From assembly GCF_032191835.1 (NCBI RefSeq), contig NC_083239.1:56358001-56422000 (forward strand): DNA of 64,000 nt. Direction: 5' to 3'. Each line of letters starts with the position of its first letter. The stretch's first letter is position 1. The position numbers were made by a program, and so were the translations under genes. The stretch comes from Heteronotia binoei (Eukaryota). The notes below the pieces were generated by a model. It was not told the origin of the DNA, did no database searches, and saw only the letters and a list, made by a program, of their open reading frames with translations. Positions 1 to 16,621 of this stretch are shown piece by piece.

Positions 1-44
1 CTCCGCCTGGCTCCTCCCAAGGGGGGTGGGGATTCCACACTCAC

Positions 45-3000
45 ATCTGTCTTCATCTCCGTCTTGCCCGGCTTAAGATACTGGTTCTCCTGGACCACGG
101 AGCTGGGGAAATAGCCCAGGCGGGCCGGCTGCTCCCCGTAATAGTCACCTTGCACCTGCACAGGGGGAGGGAAGCGTTCATATGAGCACCAAGTCAGCTT
201 CCCACCCCAGCCCTCAGGATTCCCCTCTGCTGCCCCAGCAACCCTCCCCCCATCTCTCTCCCCCCACAAAGACCATGGGGGGGGGGCCTCCGGGGAGCAC
301 AGGACTGCAGCCAGCTAGAAATCCTTCACACCCCAGACTAGCTGGATCCAGCACATTTCCCAATTGGGTTCCTGGAATGCCCTTTTGGAAGAGATTTCTG
401 CTGGCACAAAATAGGGGCAGGGGGGACTCTGCCTCCCTCAGGTCCAGAGGTCCTTCCAGCTACGTCCCAGGAACATGGGGGAGGGCCTTGGCAGATCTGA
501 AGCAGAAAGGTGGCTACTGGGCAGCCCCCCAGCCTGCAGAACTTCCTCTACTATCACCGGCGGCAACGGTAGCTCTCCAGATGCTTTTTGCCTACAACTC
601 CCATCAGCCCCAGCTGTTGGGCATGCTGGCTGGGGCTGATGGGAGTTGTAGGCAAAAAACATCTGGCCACCCCCGCTCTGCCTCCCCGGCTCTCCTGGCA
701 GGCCCCCGGGGGGACACAAAGACCCCTTTTATTCCCAAGAGGCTTCAGGAGCCACCCGGACTTCCTATCCAAATACTGAACCAGGGCTGACCCTACTTGG
801 CTTCTGAGACCCGAGGAGATCGGGCCAGCCTGGGCTATCTGTTGATTTAGATTTCTGTCCCGGCTTCCCCCACAGGCAGGCCCAGGGTGGGTTACAACCA
901 GTGCCCCCTCTCAGCTGCGTGAGGGGGAGCCAGCTCACAGAATTTGAGCCTTCAGCTCACACCTTTTTGTCTTAGCTCAGGAAAAATGACCCCAGAGCAA
1001 ACTGATGCCAGGAGCTCACAAAGTAGAATTTCCCCCACAAGACTCTGCAGCTGCAAGGGAGCCTGGGTCGCAACAGAAATAGCAACAATGGCACTATAAA
1101 TAGTTGAAGCTGATTTTAAAACAGCCGGCAAGCCAGTAAAGATTGTGCTGCTTGCGCTGAAGGGCAGGTGGGCAGAGACAGGACAGCCCAGCTCCTGTTG
1201 ATGGAACCTGCTGCCTTCTACACCAGCAAACAAGCAGTTTGGGCAGGAGGGGCCGGGGGGGGGGGGGTGGTGGTTAGCCAATAGCCTGGCAGAACAGCAC
1301 CATTTCACAGGCCCTGGGGAGCTGTCACAAGTCCTGCAGGGCCCTGATCTCAATCAGGAGAATGTTCCACCAGGCTGGGGCCAGGGCAGAGAAGGCCCTG
1401 GCCCTCGTTGAGGCCAGGTATGCATCTTTCGGCCCAGGGACTGCCAATAGATGTTGCTCTGCTGAGTTTAGAGCTCTATGTGGCATATATGGTGAGAGGG
1501 AGTCTCACTTGCAGATGAGTCTCCCCCACCCCCCTTCCCAACTCTCTTGCTAGTTTCATAGGCAATTGGGAGGGGGGAGGGAGATCTTTAAGCATGGACT
1601 TGGTGGCCAGAGGCAACGGTCCACACTGGCTCCGGACAAGAGCTCCAACCGCCCACTCCCAACAGGGCTCTCTGTGCCCGCGTGCGCTTGCCCAGTCTTT
1701 GCACCAGTGGCCAAGCAGAGCCCCGCAGCTACTCACGCTCCCTCCCCAGAAGAGTCTTCCGCGGCCCTTCAGTTTGGAGAAGATGTAGACCACCTGTCCC
1801 CTCCGGATGTGGATGAAGCGGCAGTCAGGGGCAATGTAGTCCTGCAGAGCCACCGCGATGGAAATGGGGTCTGAAATGGCAGGGCGGGGAGAGGAAAAGA
1901 AAGGAGGTGGGCACCAGAGACTCCCATCCCAAGAGCAGGGGGAAAGGACTCCCACAACACACAAAGCAAGATGTGGAAGTCCTTGTGACAGGATGGCCAG
2001 AATCACAATTCCTAAATATGAGCGGCCAGCATGATGCAGCAACAAAAGGTTAATGTGACTTTGGGACTTGGGGTGTCCCAGCAGAGACATAACATCTGAA
2101 TCACAAGATGGCGTCGTCCCGCTGTACGCTACGTTGGTCAGGCCACACGTGGAGGATTGTGTGCAGTTCTGGAGGCCTCCCTTCAAGGAGGAGGTGGACA
2201 GAATGGAGCAGGTGCAGAGGAGAGCGACAAGGATGACCAGGGGCCTGGAGACCAAGCAGCCCTAGGAGGAAAGGCTGAAGGGAATGCCCAGTCTGGAGAA
2301 GAGAAGGGGGGGAGCAGGATGGCTCTCTCAAAGCATTTGAAGGGCTGTCCCTTCGAGGAGGACAGGGAGCTGTTCCTGTTAGCTGTAGAGGAGAGGACTC
2401 ATCAGAATGGGTTTAAATTAAGAGCAGGGAAGTACCAGCTGGATATTAGGAAAAACTGGAGTGTCTAAGCAGTGGACTTATCTCCTGAGGGAGGTGGGGA
2501 GCTCCCCGCACTGGCACTTTTGAAGCAGCAGCTGGACCAACACTTGTCAGGGATGCTGTAGGCCAGAGGGGCCCAAACCGTGGCTCTTTCAAACATATCG
2601 TGTAGCTCTCAGAGTCCCCACCACCCCATCAGCTGTTTCAGAGAAGACCTTTGTCTCTAAAGTCCTTCACCAAGCCATCTGGCACAGGGGGCTTGGAGAA
2701 CACATTTAAAGTCGCCTTCTCTCCTCCATCTAGTTGCCTTCTCCCTTCCCATCTATTTGCTTTTTTCCCACCTCTCTTCCTTCCCCCCTCCATCTAGTCA
2801 CTTTCTTTTCCCCACTTCCTCCCCCCCACCATCTATTTGCTTTCTTTCCACCTTTCTCCTCCCTCCCTCTCCCATCCCCTCCTCCCATCTATTTGCTTTC
2901 TCTCTCACTTTCCACCTCTCTCTCTTCCTCATGTTTCCAATTGAGGGAGATAGAGAATGCTTGCAAAAATAGATCACTTTCAAGAAATATTTCAGGAAAC

Positions 3001-3611
3001 AAATATTTTAGTTATCTAGTAGTTCAGTTATTTAGTTTAGTTATCTAGTAGTTCAGTTCAAAGATTAGTTAAAAATTGAAATAAGATGTTGTGCCAGAGC
3101 TGCTTTTATTCTTGCCTGATGCTTTCTTTGTATATGTAGTAAATATATAATTGCAGTGAATAGGATGGGGGCGTGGTTGGTGAGCCACGATGTACAGGTC
3201 TTGTGGCTCTCAAACGTGGCTTTTACGTTAAGCAAGTTTGGCCACCCCAGTTCTAAAGCTGACTCTGCACTGAGCAAGGGTTGGACTAAATGGCCTCTAT
3301 GATGCTCTATGAATCTACGATAAACCTCCATATCCAGAGGCAGGCTATGCTTGACTACCAATGCTAAGGACACATTCGGGGGGGGGGGCAGAAGGGGGGG
3401 CAGGTTGCTCCAATCTTCCTTGATACCACTTAAGCTCTCACTACCGAAAGGAGTATCTACAATCAGGAGAGAAAAGTTACTCACGGCTGCATTCAGGATC
3501 AGCGCAAAGCTTCTTGTCCGCCAGTTTATCCATTTGCCTCCCGCCCCACACAGGCCCAACAAGGGCACAGAGTGCGAGGCCTGCCCAAACACCCCTGGCA
3601 GCTCCCCTCAT
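45..3611 (-). CDS. MIA: Melanoma inhibitory activity protein (MIA/CD-RAP), coding exons 1-3; last exon lies beyond the left edge
   Basis: GT-AG exons 3611-3485 (127 nt), 1870-1737 (134) and 155-45 (111) splice in frame. Translation: signal peptide MRGAARGVWAGLALCALVGPVWGG, then RQMDKLADKKLCADPECSHPISIAVALQDYIAPDCRF...FWGGSVQGDYYGEQPARLGYFPSSVV, the MIA SH3-like fold. Exon sizes match human MIA as recalled; position is syntenic with SNRPA. Confidence 0.97.
580..663. mobile_element. Palindromic-core MITE; second copy at about 10340-10480
   Basis: TTTTTGCCTACAACTCCCATCAGCCCCAGC ... GCTGGGGCTGATGGGAGTTGTAGGCAAAAA. Confidence 0.75.
756..840 (-). mobile_element. Second decayed 5S-derived SINE fragment
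   Basis: Reverse complement contains CCCGATCTCCTCGGGTCTCAGAAGCCAAGTAGGGTCAGCCCTGGTTCAGTATTTGGATAGGAAG. Confidence 0.65.
2030..3320 (+). mobile_element. 5'-truncated CR1 LINE (ORF2 C-terminus and 3' UTR) interrupted by a hAT MITE at 2564-3250
   Basis: Translates PLYATLVRPHVEDCVQFWRP...QVQRRATRM...LKGCPFEEDRELF (CR1 ORF2 tail) with stops. MITE TIRs CAGAGGGGCCCAAAC / GTTTGGCCACCCCAG. Confidence 0.9.
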
Positions 3612-6358
3612 CTCGGCAGCTCCTGCAAAAGAACAGCTACTCCCACCTCTGAGAGAGGAGAGGGGACGACTGTTTGGAAAAGCTAAACCCCACCCCGCTC
3701 TTGGCTGTGCTGCCACAGAATGCTCACCAATAGTCTACCTTCTGAAAAGGATGTGAGAGGGTGGGGAAATGAGGCCCTTTTCCCAGGGCTTCACCCCAGC
3801 TGCTACTGGAAGTGTCTCCCGCCTCCCTTCCTTTGCATTTTATGAGCAAGCTTTCAACGTTCATGGAATTTAATCTTTTCCCTCCTGCTTTTGTGGCGGG
3901 ATTCCAAGGCTACAAGCCCTGCGCACAGGGGACAGAGATCCAACCCGAAGTCCTCGCCTGGCGAAACAGGAAACGGCGGCTGGGAGAACAGGCTGGCCCT
4001 TGAGGCTGCAGGACACTGAGCTCCTTGTGCACGGAGGCCCCCCTCCCTCTGCCCCACAGGAGGGCCTGGCCTCAAGGAAGAAGTGCAGCCACCCGCCTGA
4101 AGGGACGGCACAGGCCACAGGCTCTGCCATGGAGAACAGGCGGCCAGGAGCCATGGTTCCCCAGAAGAGCAGAGAGGCAGAGCGACCCACCCGTTTCTGC
4201 ACGTGAAGAACCTGGGGGAATTGCAACACTCTGCATTCTGTGCTAAAGCGGTTTCTCCCTTTAATTCCCCATCACCAGGAGCAGAGGTTTCCTGGCCTCC
4301 TCCTTCCTTTCTCCAGAGAGCCCCCCTCCTTTGCTTCAGAGCAGCCAGCAGGAGTCCCTTCAGCAGACCATTCTGCCCCCTCACCGGCCATCCTGACAGC
4401 CAGGAAGCCTCTTCCGCAGGCCAGAGCTCCCCCACAAGCCCTCGGTCAGTGGCACAGCAACCATCCCGCATGGAATTCCGGGGTTCAATCCCTGGCACCT
4501 CCAGTTATGAGGATGTGAAAGGCCTCACCCGGAGACCCTGCAGAGCCACTGCCGGGCCTGACCTGGATTCCAAGGCACCATCAGGCCTCTTCACCTTCAG
4601 GGGGGGGCTCTGGCTCACCGGAAGAGCCTCTGCTTGGCATGCAGAAGCTCCCAGGTTCAGTCCCCGGCCAATGAAAGGCCTCTGCCTGCAACCCTCGACA
4701 CCTGCTGTCAGTCTGAGTAGACAATATTGTCATTGGCTGCAAGTTAGATTCGGTATAAAGCAGTTTCGTGTGCTTGTGCCTTCAAGGGCGGGCCTGTGGC
4801 TCAGAGGTGGAGCCTCTGCTTGGCATGCAGAAGCTCCCAGGCCGTCCCCGGCATCTCCACTTAAAAGAGTTCCAGTGAGCTAAGAAATTATTTCCAGAGC
4901 AGTTCTCGAAGAATGAGGCATTGAAGTGTCTTTCGGCAGCCGTGAAAAGAGAAGAGGGAGCCGGGTGCTTCCCCCCGCCCCGCCTTCCTCCTTTAAGTCT
5001 GCCTCCGTCACCGCTCTGTCCCAACTTTTTCGCTCTTAACATCCAATCAATCCAAAGTTCCAATTTTGAAAAAGAGTAAAAGGAAAGAACTTACAATCCA
5101 TCTACTATGAAAAGGAATCCAATCCAGTCATGAAGAGTTAAAGTTTGGAGAGAAAGAAGCTGGTGCTCAACCCCGATGCCATTTAAAAATGGCGATCGGG
5201 ACAGCGAGGCTTGCAGCGGTGGTGGGTTCGGGAATCAGCCGCCGCTGACGATCTCGCTCCGCACCTTCAAGCCGCCCACCTTCTTGGATCCTCCCCGGGT
5301 CCCAGCATCGAGTCCCCCAGCACGGGGAACCCCCCTGCTGTCCAATTAGAGAGCGCCCTTCGGGAGCTAGCCCGGGTCACTCTCTGTAGCAGGACGCCAA
5401 GACCGGAAGGTCCCAGGTTCAGTCCCCGGCAAATGAAAGACCTCAGCCTCCAACCCTGCACAGCTGCTGCCAGTCCGAGTAGACAATATTTTCATTGACT
5501 GCTAGTCAGATTCACTATAAGGCAGTTTTCTGTGCTTGTGCTTTAAAGGGAGGGCCTGTGGCCTAGTGGTAAAGCCTCTGCTTGGCATGCAGAAGGTCCC
5601 AGGTTCACTCCCCACTGGCATCCCCAGTTAAAAGGTGCAAGCAGCAGATGATGTGAAAATCCACTGCCTGAGACCCTGCACAGCAGCTTCCAGTCTGGGC
5701 AGGAAATACTCGCCTGGACAGACCAAACGGGCAGCTGCAACAAAGGACAGCTCCAGGTGTTTGGGGAACATCTGGAGTTGCGGCCAGCAGCACCTCAGAC
5801 GGGGCAGAAGCTCATGAGAGTCGGAGCTCCCTTTGTCAGACACACCCTGGGCGTGTGGGGAGGGGGCCTGGTGCTAGAGCCTCTGCTGGGCACCCAGCAG
5901 GTCCCAGGTGCTGTCACCAGTTAAAAGAGGTCGGGTAGCCGTTGACGGGAAAGACCCCTCTGCCTGAGGCCCTGGAGGGAGAGCTGCTGCCAGCCTGAGT
6001 AGACAATAGCTGACCTTGATGGGCCAACAGTCTGATTCTGTACAAGGCAGCTTCCATAACGGGAAGGAGGAGGCACAAACATCCCATTCGCTGCCAAGCA
6101 ACAGGCCCAGCACCCTGTTCTGCTGGATGTCCATCTGCCCAGAAAGAAAAGGCACCTGGACCACAAAGCAAGCGCACTAATAGCTCCTCCACACACCCAG
6201 CAAGGGACCAAATGCACATCAGGCAGACACCCAGGTAGTCTGCCCCCGGATCTCTCTTCTGTTTTGTTGCAGGCAGGCTGGCAAGGGGCTGCCCCCACCC
6301 CACCAGTCTCCCAGCAATGAGAGCCAACCACCAAAATAAAAAACAAACCAACATTTTT

Positions 6359-6364
6359 TTTATT
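6359..6364 (-). terminator. SNRPA polyadenylation signal AATAAA
   Basis: AATAAA 9 nt downstream of the PIE, followed by U/GU-rich sequence (TGGTTTGTTTTTTATTTTGG). Confidence 0.85.
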
Positions 6365-6373
6365 ACAAAAGAG

Positions 6374-6424
6374 AAAAGCTCCAGGTGCTATGTCTGGCCG
6401 TCAGACTCTGGGTACAATGCTTTT
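6374..6424 (-). promoter_or_regulatory. U1A polyadenylation inhibition element (PIE) in the SNRPA 3' UTR
   Basis: Minus strand reads AAAAGC-AUUGUAC-CCAG-A-GUCUG-ACGGC-CAGAC-AUAGCAC-CUGG-A-GCUUUU: three stems and two 7-nt asymmetric loops, the human PIE architecture. Confidence 0.93.
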
Positions 6425-6711
6425 GTCAGAAATCGGCCGCTACCTTCCAGCAATGCACACATGCGCACTCTCTCTCACACACACCCACATGTGCACGCAC
6501 ACACCTCCCTGCCAACCCACCACAGCCGAGCCCCAGACACACTGGAAACAGCCCATCCATGGCACTGCCAGCTGCTCTCTCGCAAACACTTACCTCCCAG
6601 AACACAACTTGCAAAAGTACAAAACCCCAGAAACAAAACCCAAAGCACTTCACAGGCAGTAACAAGAAAGGAGGAGGAGGATCGCCTGTGGCCTCTAGGC
6701 CAAGGAAGGTG

Positions 6712-11800
<5,089 letters not shown>

Positions 11801-14634
11801 TGAAACGTTTGGTGGTTTTGCTCTGAACACTTTCCACTGAAGAGGAGTGCGGTGTAGCTTGGAAGCTTATGAATAACAGTTTTCTTCGCTGCAGTTTGAG
11901 CCCAGTGGCACCTTTACGACCAACAAAGTTTAGGCATAACCTTTTTGTGTGCAAAAGCTTCTGCCCAGAATTAAACTTGGTAGGTCTTAAAGGTGCCACT
12001 GGATTTAAACTGTGTTCTGCTGCTTCAGACCAGCACAGCCACCCACCTGAATCAGTTTTCTTTGCTGTGTTTCCTGTCTCTGGGTTTATTTGGTGTTTGC
12101 TTGGAGAGAGCTGCAGTTATACAGATGTTTTACCTGCTCCTGCTGCATTCAAAAGGCTTTCTAATGGCAGCTTTCTCTTCTCCTAATGGATTAGGGCCAT
12201 TCTGCTGACAGCATCTTCTGAGTGGTGTTCTATTTTCTCTTTGCATACCTCCATTTCCACACCACCACCTTTTATATTTCCTGTAATGCAAGGAATACCT
12301 CCCTTTCCTCCCCCCTCCCCATCTCAGTTCTTTCAGTCACTCAGTTTAAGGGCCCCTGGGATATAAGACACTCAGCATCCTGTCAATTATGCAGAAGGAG
12401 AAAGTGCATGAAACGCTGGGCTGAGCCCTTCAATGGCTCTCATGGGACTCTCCTCTCTTCCAGCTTCAGCGAGCATTTCAAGTGGCTCCTCTTCAACCAT
12501 CCTGTGCCTTCTTTAATTCAGGAGGGCCCCCAGTGAGTATCCGTTTCCTTCATTACTGTAAAAGGGCTCTGCGCAGTATTGAGTAGTGACTACATGGCAT
12601 GATTTTCAGAATAAGTCTGCTAGCTTTTCTTGTATGTGTTGCTAGCCAATACAGGCAAATAGGAAAGGGGGGGGAAACCCTCCTTCCTCCTCTTCTGTTT
12701 CTTACGTTTTCACCCTGCTCATTTTCCAGAGAGTTCTGGGTTCTGTGGTTGTCCTTTTGCATTACCCCCACAACAACCTGATGAGGTTGGTTAGACTGAG
12801 TGACTGCCACTCAGTGAGCTGCCATGGCCAAGTGGGGCTGCGAACCTGGCTCGTCCCTTTATATATTGTTCCTCTTTCTCCACGAACTCAGAGCACAGCA
12901 TGTGGTCCTCAAAACAGCTCTCTGCAGTCAGCTAGGCAAAAAAACACAAGTGCATGGCTTGTCCAAGAGGCCACGCAGTGAGGGCGTGGTAGAGAAGGAA
13001 ATGGCACCCAGCTCTGTGCCCTGAACCCTAGGAAGGGCAGAGCATGAGGTTTCCTGAGGGGCACCCACCTTGGAATCAAGCACAGACATCAGCATTGTAA
13101 AGATAGCTTTTTTTTTTTTAAAGGAAGTTTCTAAATATTTAAAGTTACAAAGAGATGCTGGGGACTATATGAGAAAGTATGGGAATACAAGTTATTTATA
13201 TTCCAGCCATTATAAACTGTTTTGTTTACCTAAAAGAAAAGTAATGTATTGTAGACTAAACCCAATTAATACTGACTCTTCTAAGCCTGGAAAACATGTA
13301 AACACAGTATTGATCATTTGCACCTTGTGCCTGAAACTCCTTTGATCTCATATGCGAGATAAATAGCTCTTCTTCCTGGCGCAAAGTTCTCTGGGGAAAA
13401 GAACCAGCTAACAAAGGGTTGTTAATTGTAGCCATGTGGCCATGCTAGCAAGCTAAGTTTTATTTCTTTTATCCGAAGTACCTTTTCCTGATGTTTTTAT
13501 TTCTTTTGTTAAGCTTAAGTCTCGTCTCCAATTATTGCTATCGCCACACCTCTGAATTTTACATGCATTTCCCAACAAAATGGTAGCAGAGGACAGTTAA
13601 GAGAATTGGGGCCACAATTGAAGATGAAGAGGTTATTGCTGCTATATTTAAATCCCTTCTCACAGTGGTGTTTCTTCCCTGACATGTGCTTTGAGCCTGA
13701 CCTCCTTCAGTCCCCAAGAATCCTCTTTGCACTGGATCTTGGGTGGGAGTCACCTGACAACCATTCACATTCTAACTTAACGGAAATGGGTGGGGGAACA
13801 AGGTTGTCATGGACAGAGGATGGGGATATTCAGTTTTGCCAAGCTTCTTCCCCCTTTTTGGAAATTTCTAAAATATGAAAAGCTAGGAGCCACTTGACCT
13901 TTCTGGACTTTCTCGCCTCTCCAGGTGTGGCCTGGTGGCTCTGTGGATGGCGGGAGCCCTCCTACACCCACCCAAGGCAGTTTCCCTGGAGGAAGTGGTA
14001 CAGGTGGCTTTGGAGAGAGGTTATACTGCCCAAGGGGAAATGTTTTCAGGTTGGTAGTGAAGGGGAAATGGGGGGCAAAGAGACCAAATCTTCAAGGAGC
14101 AAATGGGACTCCTCAGTCCTGCCTGGGTGGATCTGGGGCTGGGGGGCAGAGTGTGCGTGTGTTCTGGCTGGCTGCACCCTCCTGTGTGAGGCAGGGGGAA
14201 TCTAGCTAGCTGCTGCCTCCCCCCGACTCCGCCTTCACCCCCTCCAGCTGCGGACATGGCCAGGCTTGCTCAGGAAGTATTCCCCTGCCGAACAGAGCTG
14301 CTCTCTGGAGGCCTGGAGGGACAAAACCGCGAGAGGATCCTTCAGCATCTCTTTGCTGGCCTCCCTGTGCTGATACCGTATCCTGCCGTGTGGGTGTGGG
14401 CGCAAAAATAGCTGGGAAATACCTTACTGGTATTTATTTGCTATTCCTTCAGCTGAACGTAGAGAGGAGTGTGTTTTTGGGCTATGAAGTATCAAGAGGG
14501 TGTGTGCCCTTTAAACACCATTATGGGTGAAGCCGCAGCTTCAAGACGACGTTTAAAGAGACCACAACACCTTTAAATGCCTTTGGCTCCATTATAGTCT
14601 TTGGAAACCATTATAGCAAAGCAGCAGACAAGGA

Positions 14635-14747
14635 GCACCTTTAAGACCAACTAAATTTTATTCAGAATGTGAGCTTTCCTATGCTCTAAGCAGACTTCAT
14701 CAGGCCTTAGAACATTCTGAATAAAACTTAGTTGGTCTTAAAGGTGC
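14635..14747. repeat. 36-bp inverted repeat (35/36 match), probably a Penelope-derived hairpin element; relatives at about 9060-9150, 11905-12055, 23050-23155 and 36640-36960
   Basis: Arms 14635-14670 and 14712-14747, GCACCTTTAAGACCAACTAA(A/G)TTTTATTCAGAATGT. Confidence 0.8.
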
Positions 14748-15018
14748 ACTGGTCTACTGCTTTGCTTTGTTGCTTCAGACCACCCCGGCTGTCCCCATGG
14801 AAACTATTATAGTAAGCGTTCCCCATAGGCTATAATGGGGAATCTATCTGTTGGTAAGGGGGGGCTTTCTTTTTTAAAGGTAGAGGCACCACATTTCCAG
14901 TGTAGCTTCTGGTGTCTCTCCTCAAAAGACCCTTAAATTCCAAAAAGATTGGACCAGGGGGTACAATTCTATGGGTTCCCATCCTCCCTTATTTCCAATG
15001 GAGGCAAAAAAGCAAGTA

Positions 15019-15601
15019 CTGATGTCAAACCAGAGAGTCTCTGCAGTAGAAACTGAAGGCTGGGGGGGGGCATTTTTGCAGAACCAGTGCCACTCTGGCA
15101 ATCCCAGCTCAACAAATCCAAACGGTGGGGGGGGGGGGGCATTTGCAAGCCTAGCACAACCAGCGTATGTGGAGAGTGCCCAGTGGAACCAGTGCCATTG
15201 TGGTGATGCCAGCTCAACGAATCCAAGCAAGTGGGGTTCCAAGCCCTGCACAGCCAGTGCATGTACAGAGTGCTGAGCAGTACCAGTGCAACAGACCAGT
15301 GCCCAGCAAAACCCAGTGTCTTCCCTTAAATGCGTTCTTTTTTCCTCCACTGGAAACAGCGAAGGTACTCTATACATGCCCTGGTTCTGCTGGGCACTAT
15401 GTACATGTACTAGTTCTCAGCTGGCTGTGTTGGGTCTGCACTCCTCCCCCCTTAGCTTGGATTTGTTGAGCAGGCATTGCCACAGTTGCACTGGTTCTGC
15501 TGGGCACTCTGTACGTGCACTGGGTCTTCAGGGCTTGGAAACCCCCCCCACACACACACACCTTCAGTTTCTCCTGCAGAGACTCTCTGGTTTGACATCA
15601 G
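15019..15601. repeat. Imperfect fold-back element with 41-bp terminal inverted repeats
   Basis: 15019-15059 vs 15561-15601 match 40/41; inner arms 15237-15292 vs 15485-15540. Confidence 0.85.
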
Positions 15602-15788
15602 ATTTTTCTTTTGCTGTTTCCCCCCCCCCCCCCCCGCAACACACACACTATTTGAAAAAATGGAGGCTGGGGGCTCCATTGGACCTCCTGGTCAAAACTC
15701 TTTGAAGCTGGGGGGGGGACTTTTGAGGAGTAGCAACCACACTGAAAATTTATTGCTTCTACCTCAGAAGACAGACCCCTGGATCCCT

Positions 15789-15995
15789 GGAGGGATGGTA
15801 GCTCAGTGGTAGAGCATCTGCTTGGTAAGCAGAAGGTCCCAGATTCAATCCCCAGCATCTCCACTAAAAAAGGGTCCAGGCAAGTAGGAGTGAAAAACCT
15901 CAGCTTGAGACCCTGGAGAGCCGCTGCCAGTCTGAGTAGACAATACTGACTTTGATGGACCGAGGGTCTGATTCAGTATAAGGCAGCTTCATATG
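15789..15995 (+). mobile_element. tRNA-headed SINE with CR1-like tail; other copies at about 4606-6058 (cluster of decayed copies), 23140-23490, 39300-39510 and 53390-53620
   Basis: TAGCTCAGTGG A box, AGATTCAATCCC B box, tail GATGGACC..GGTCTGATTCAGTATAAGGCAGCTTCATATG. Confidence 0.78.
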
Positions 15996-16621
15996 CCTAC
16001 CCAGATAGAGTTCTCGTTGACTATAATGGTCCTATAGGGTATAATGGAGCAAAAAAAGGGGGGGGGGGGTCTGGAAAAAAACCCCTGAATCCAAATACCA
16101 TGGTACTGGAATTTGGGTTTTGGGGGGAGTTCAATATATCAGAATCTGGGAAATCCTGAATGGGTTTTTTGTGTGCACTTATTTGAGTGGCGCCTGAAGT
16201 TGGGGTGAGAGCCAGCCTGCCCTGCCCTCTTGAGGAAGAGGAAGGAACCATCTGTCTTTGCACTGCAGCCCTCTCTATTACGCTGTTGTGGGGCAGAGCA
16301 GTTCCCAGCCAGACCTTAACACCTGGCCCAGATATGATGAAGATTCGAACCACGAACCCTGCCTCCGTCGTGGCTACAAGGCTCACTGGGCTGTTGTCTC
16401 AGGTATGTGGGGCTGGCCGAGACACGGGAGGGAGGGAGGAAGGAAGAAAGAAAGAAAGGCTAAATCTGCTCTGTGCCTAGATGTTTTCCCCAGGAACAAA
16501 GATTCAGTAAAGTTCCCTCCACATCCTCCCACCTTCCTGCCAGCTGCTGGCAGCTTCACTCCCTGCAGTGTTCTTGTTCCGCAGTGAAGCCACCCCTCTT
16601 GGAACCACAGCCTGGGCAGCA

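Larger units (their letters stand above)
14378..16331 (+). other. U12-type (minor spliceosome) GT-AG intron, ACTMAP intron 4
   Basis: 5' splice site GTATCCTG, branch site CCTTAAC at 16314-16320, AG at 16330-16331, no polypyrimidine tract. Splicing restores CC|A TAT (P-Y). Confidence 0.9.

Noticed and set aside
1-44. RAB4B or MIA exon 4
   Set aside because: This stretch is MIA intron 3; both lie outside the window.
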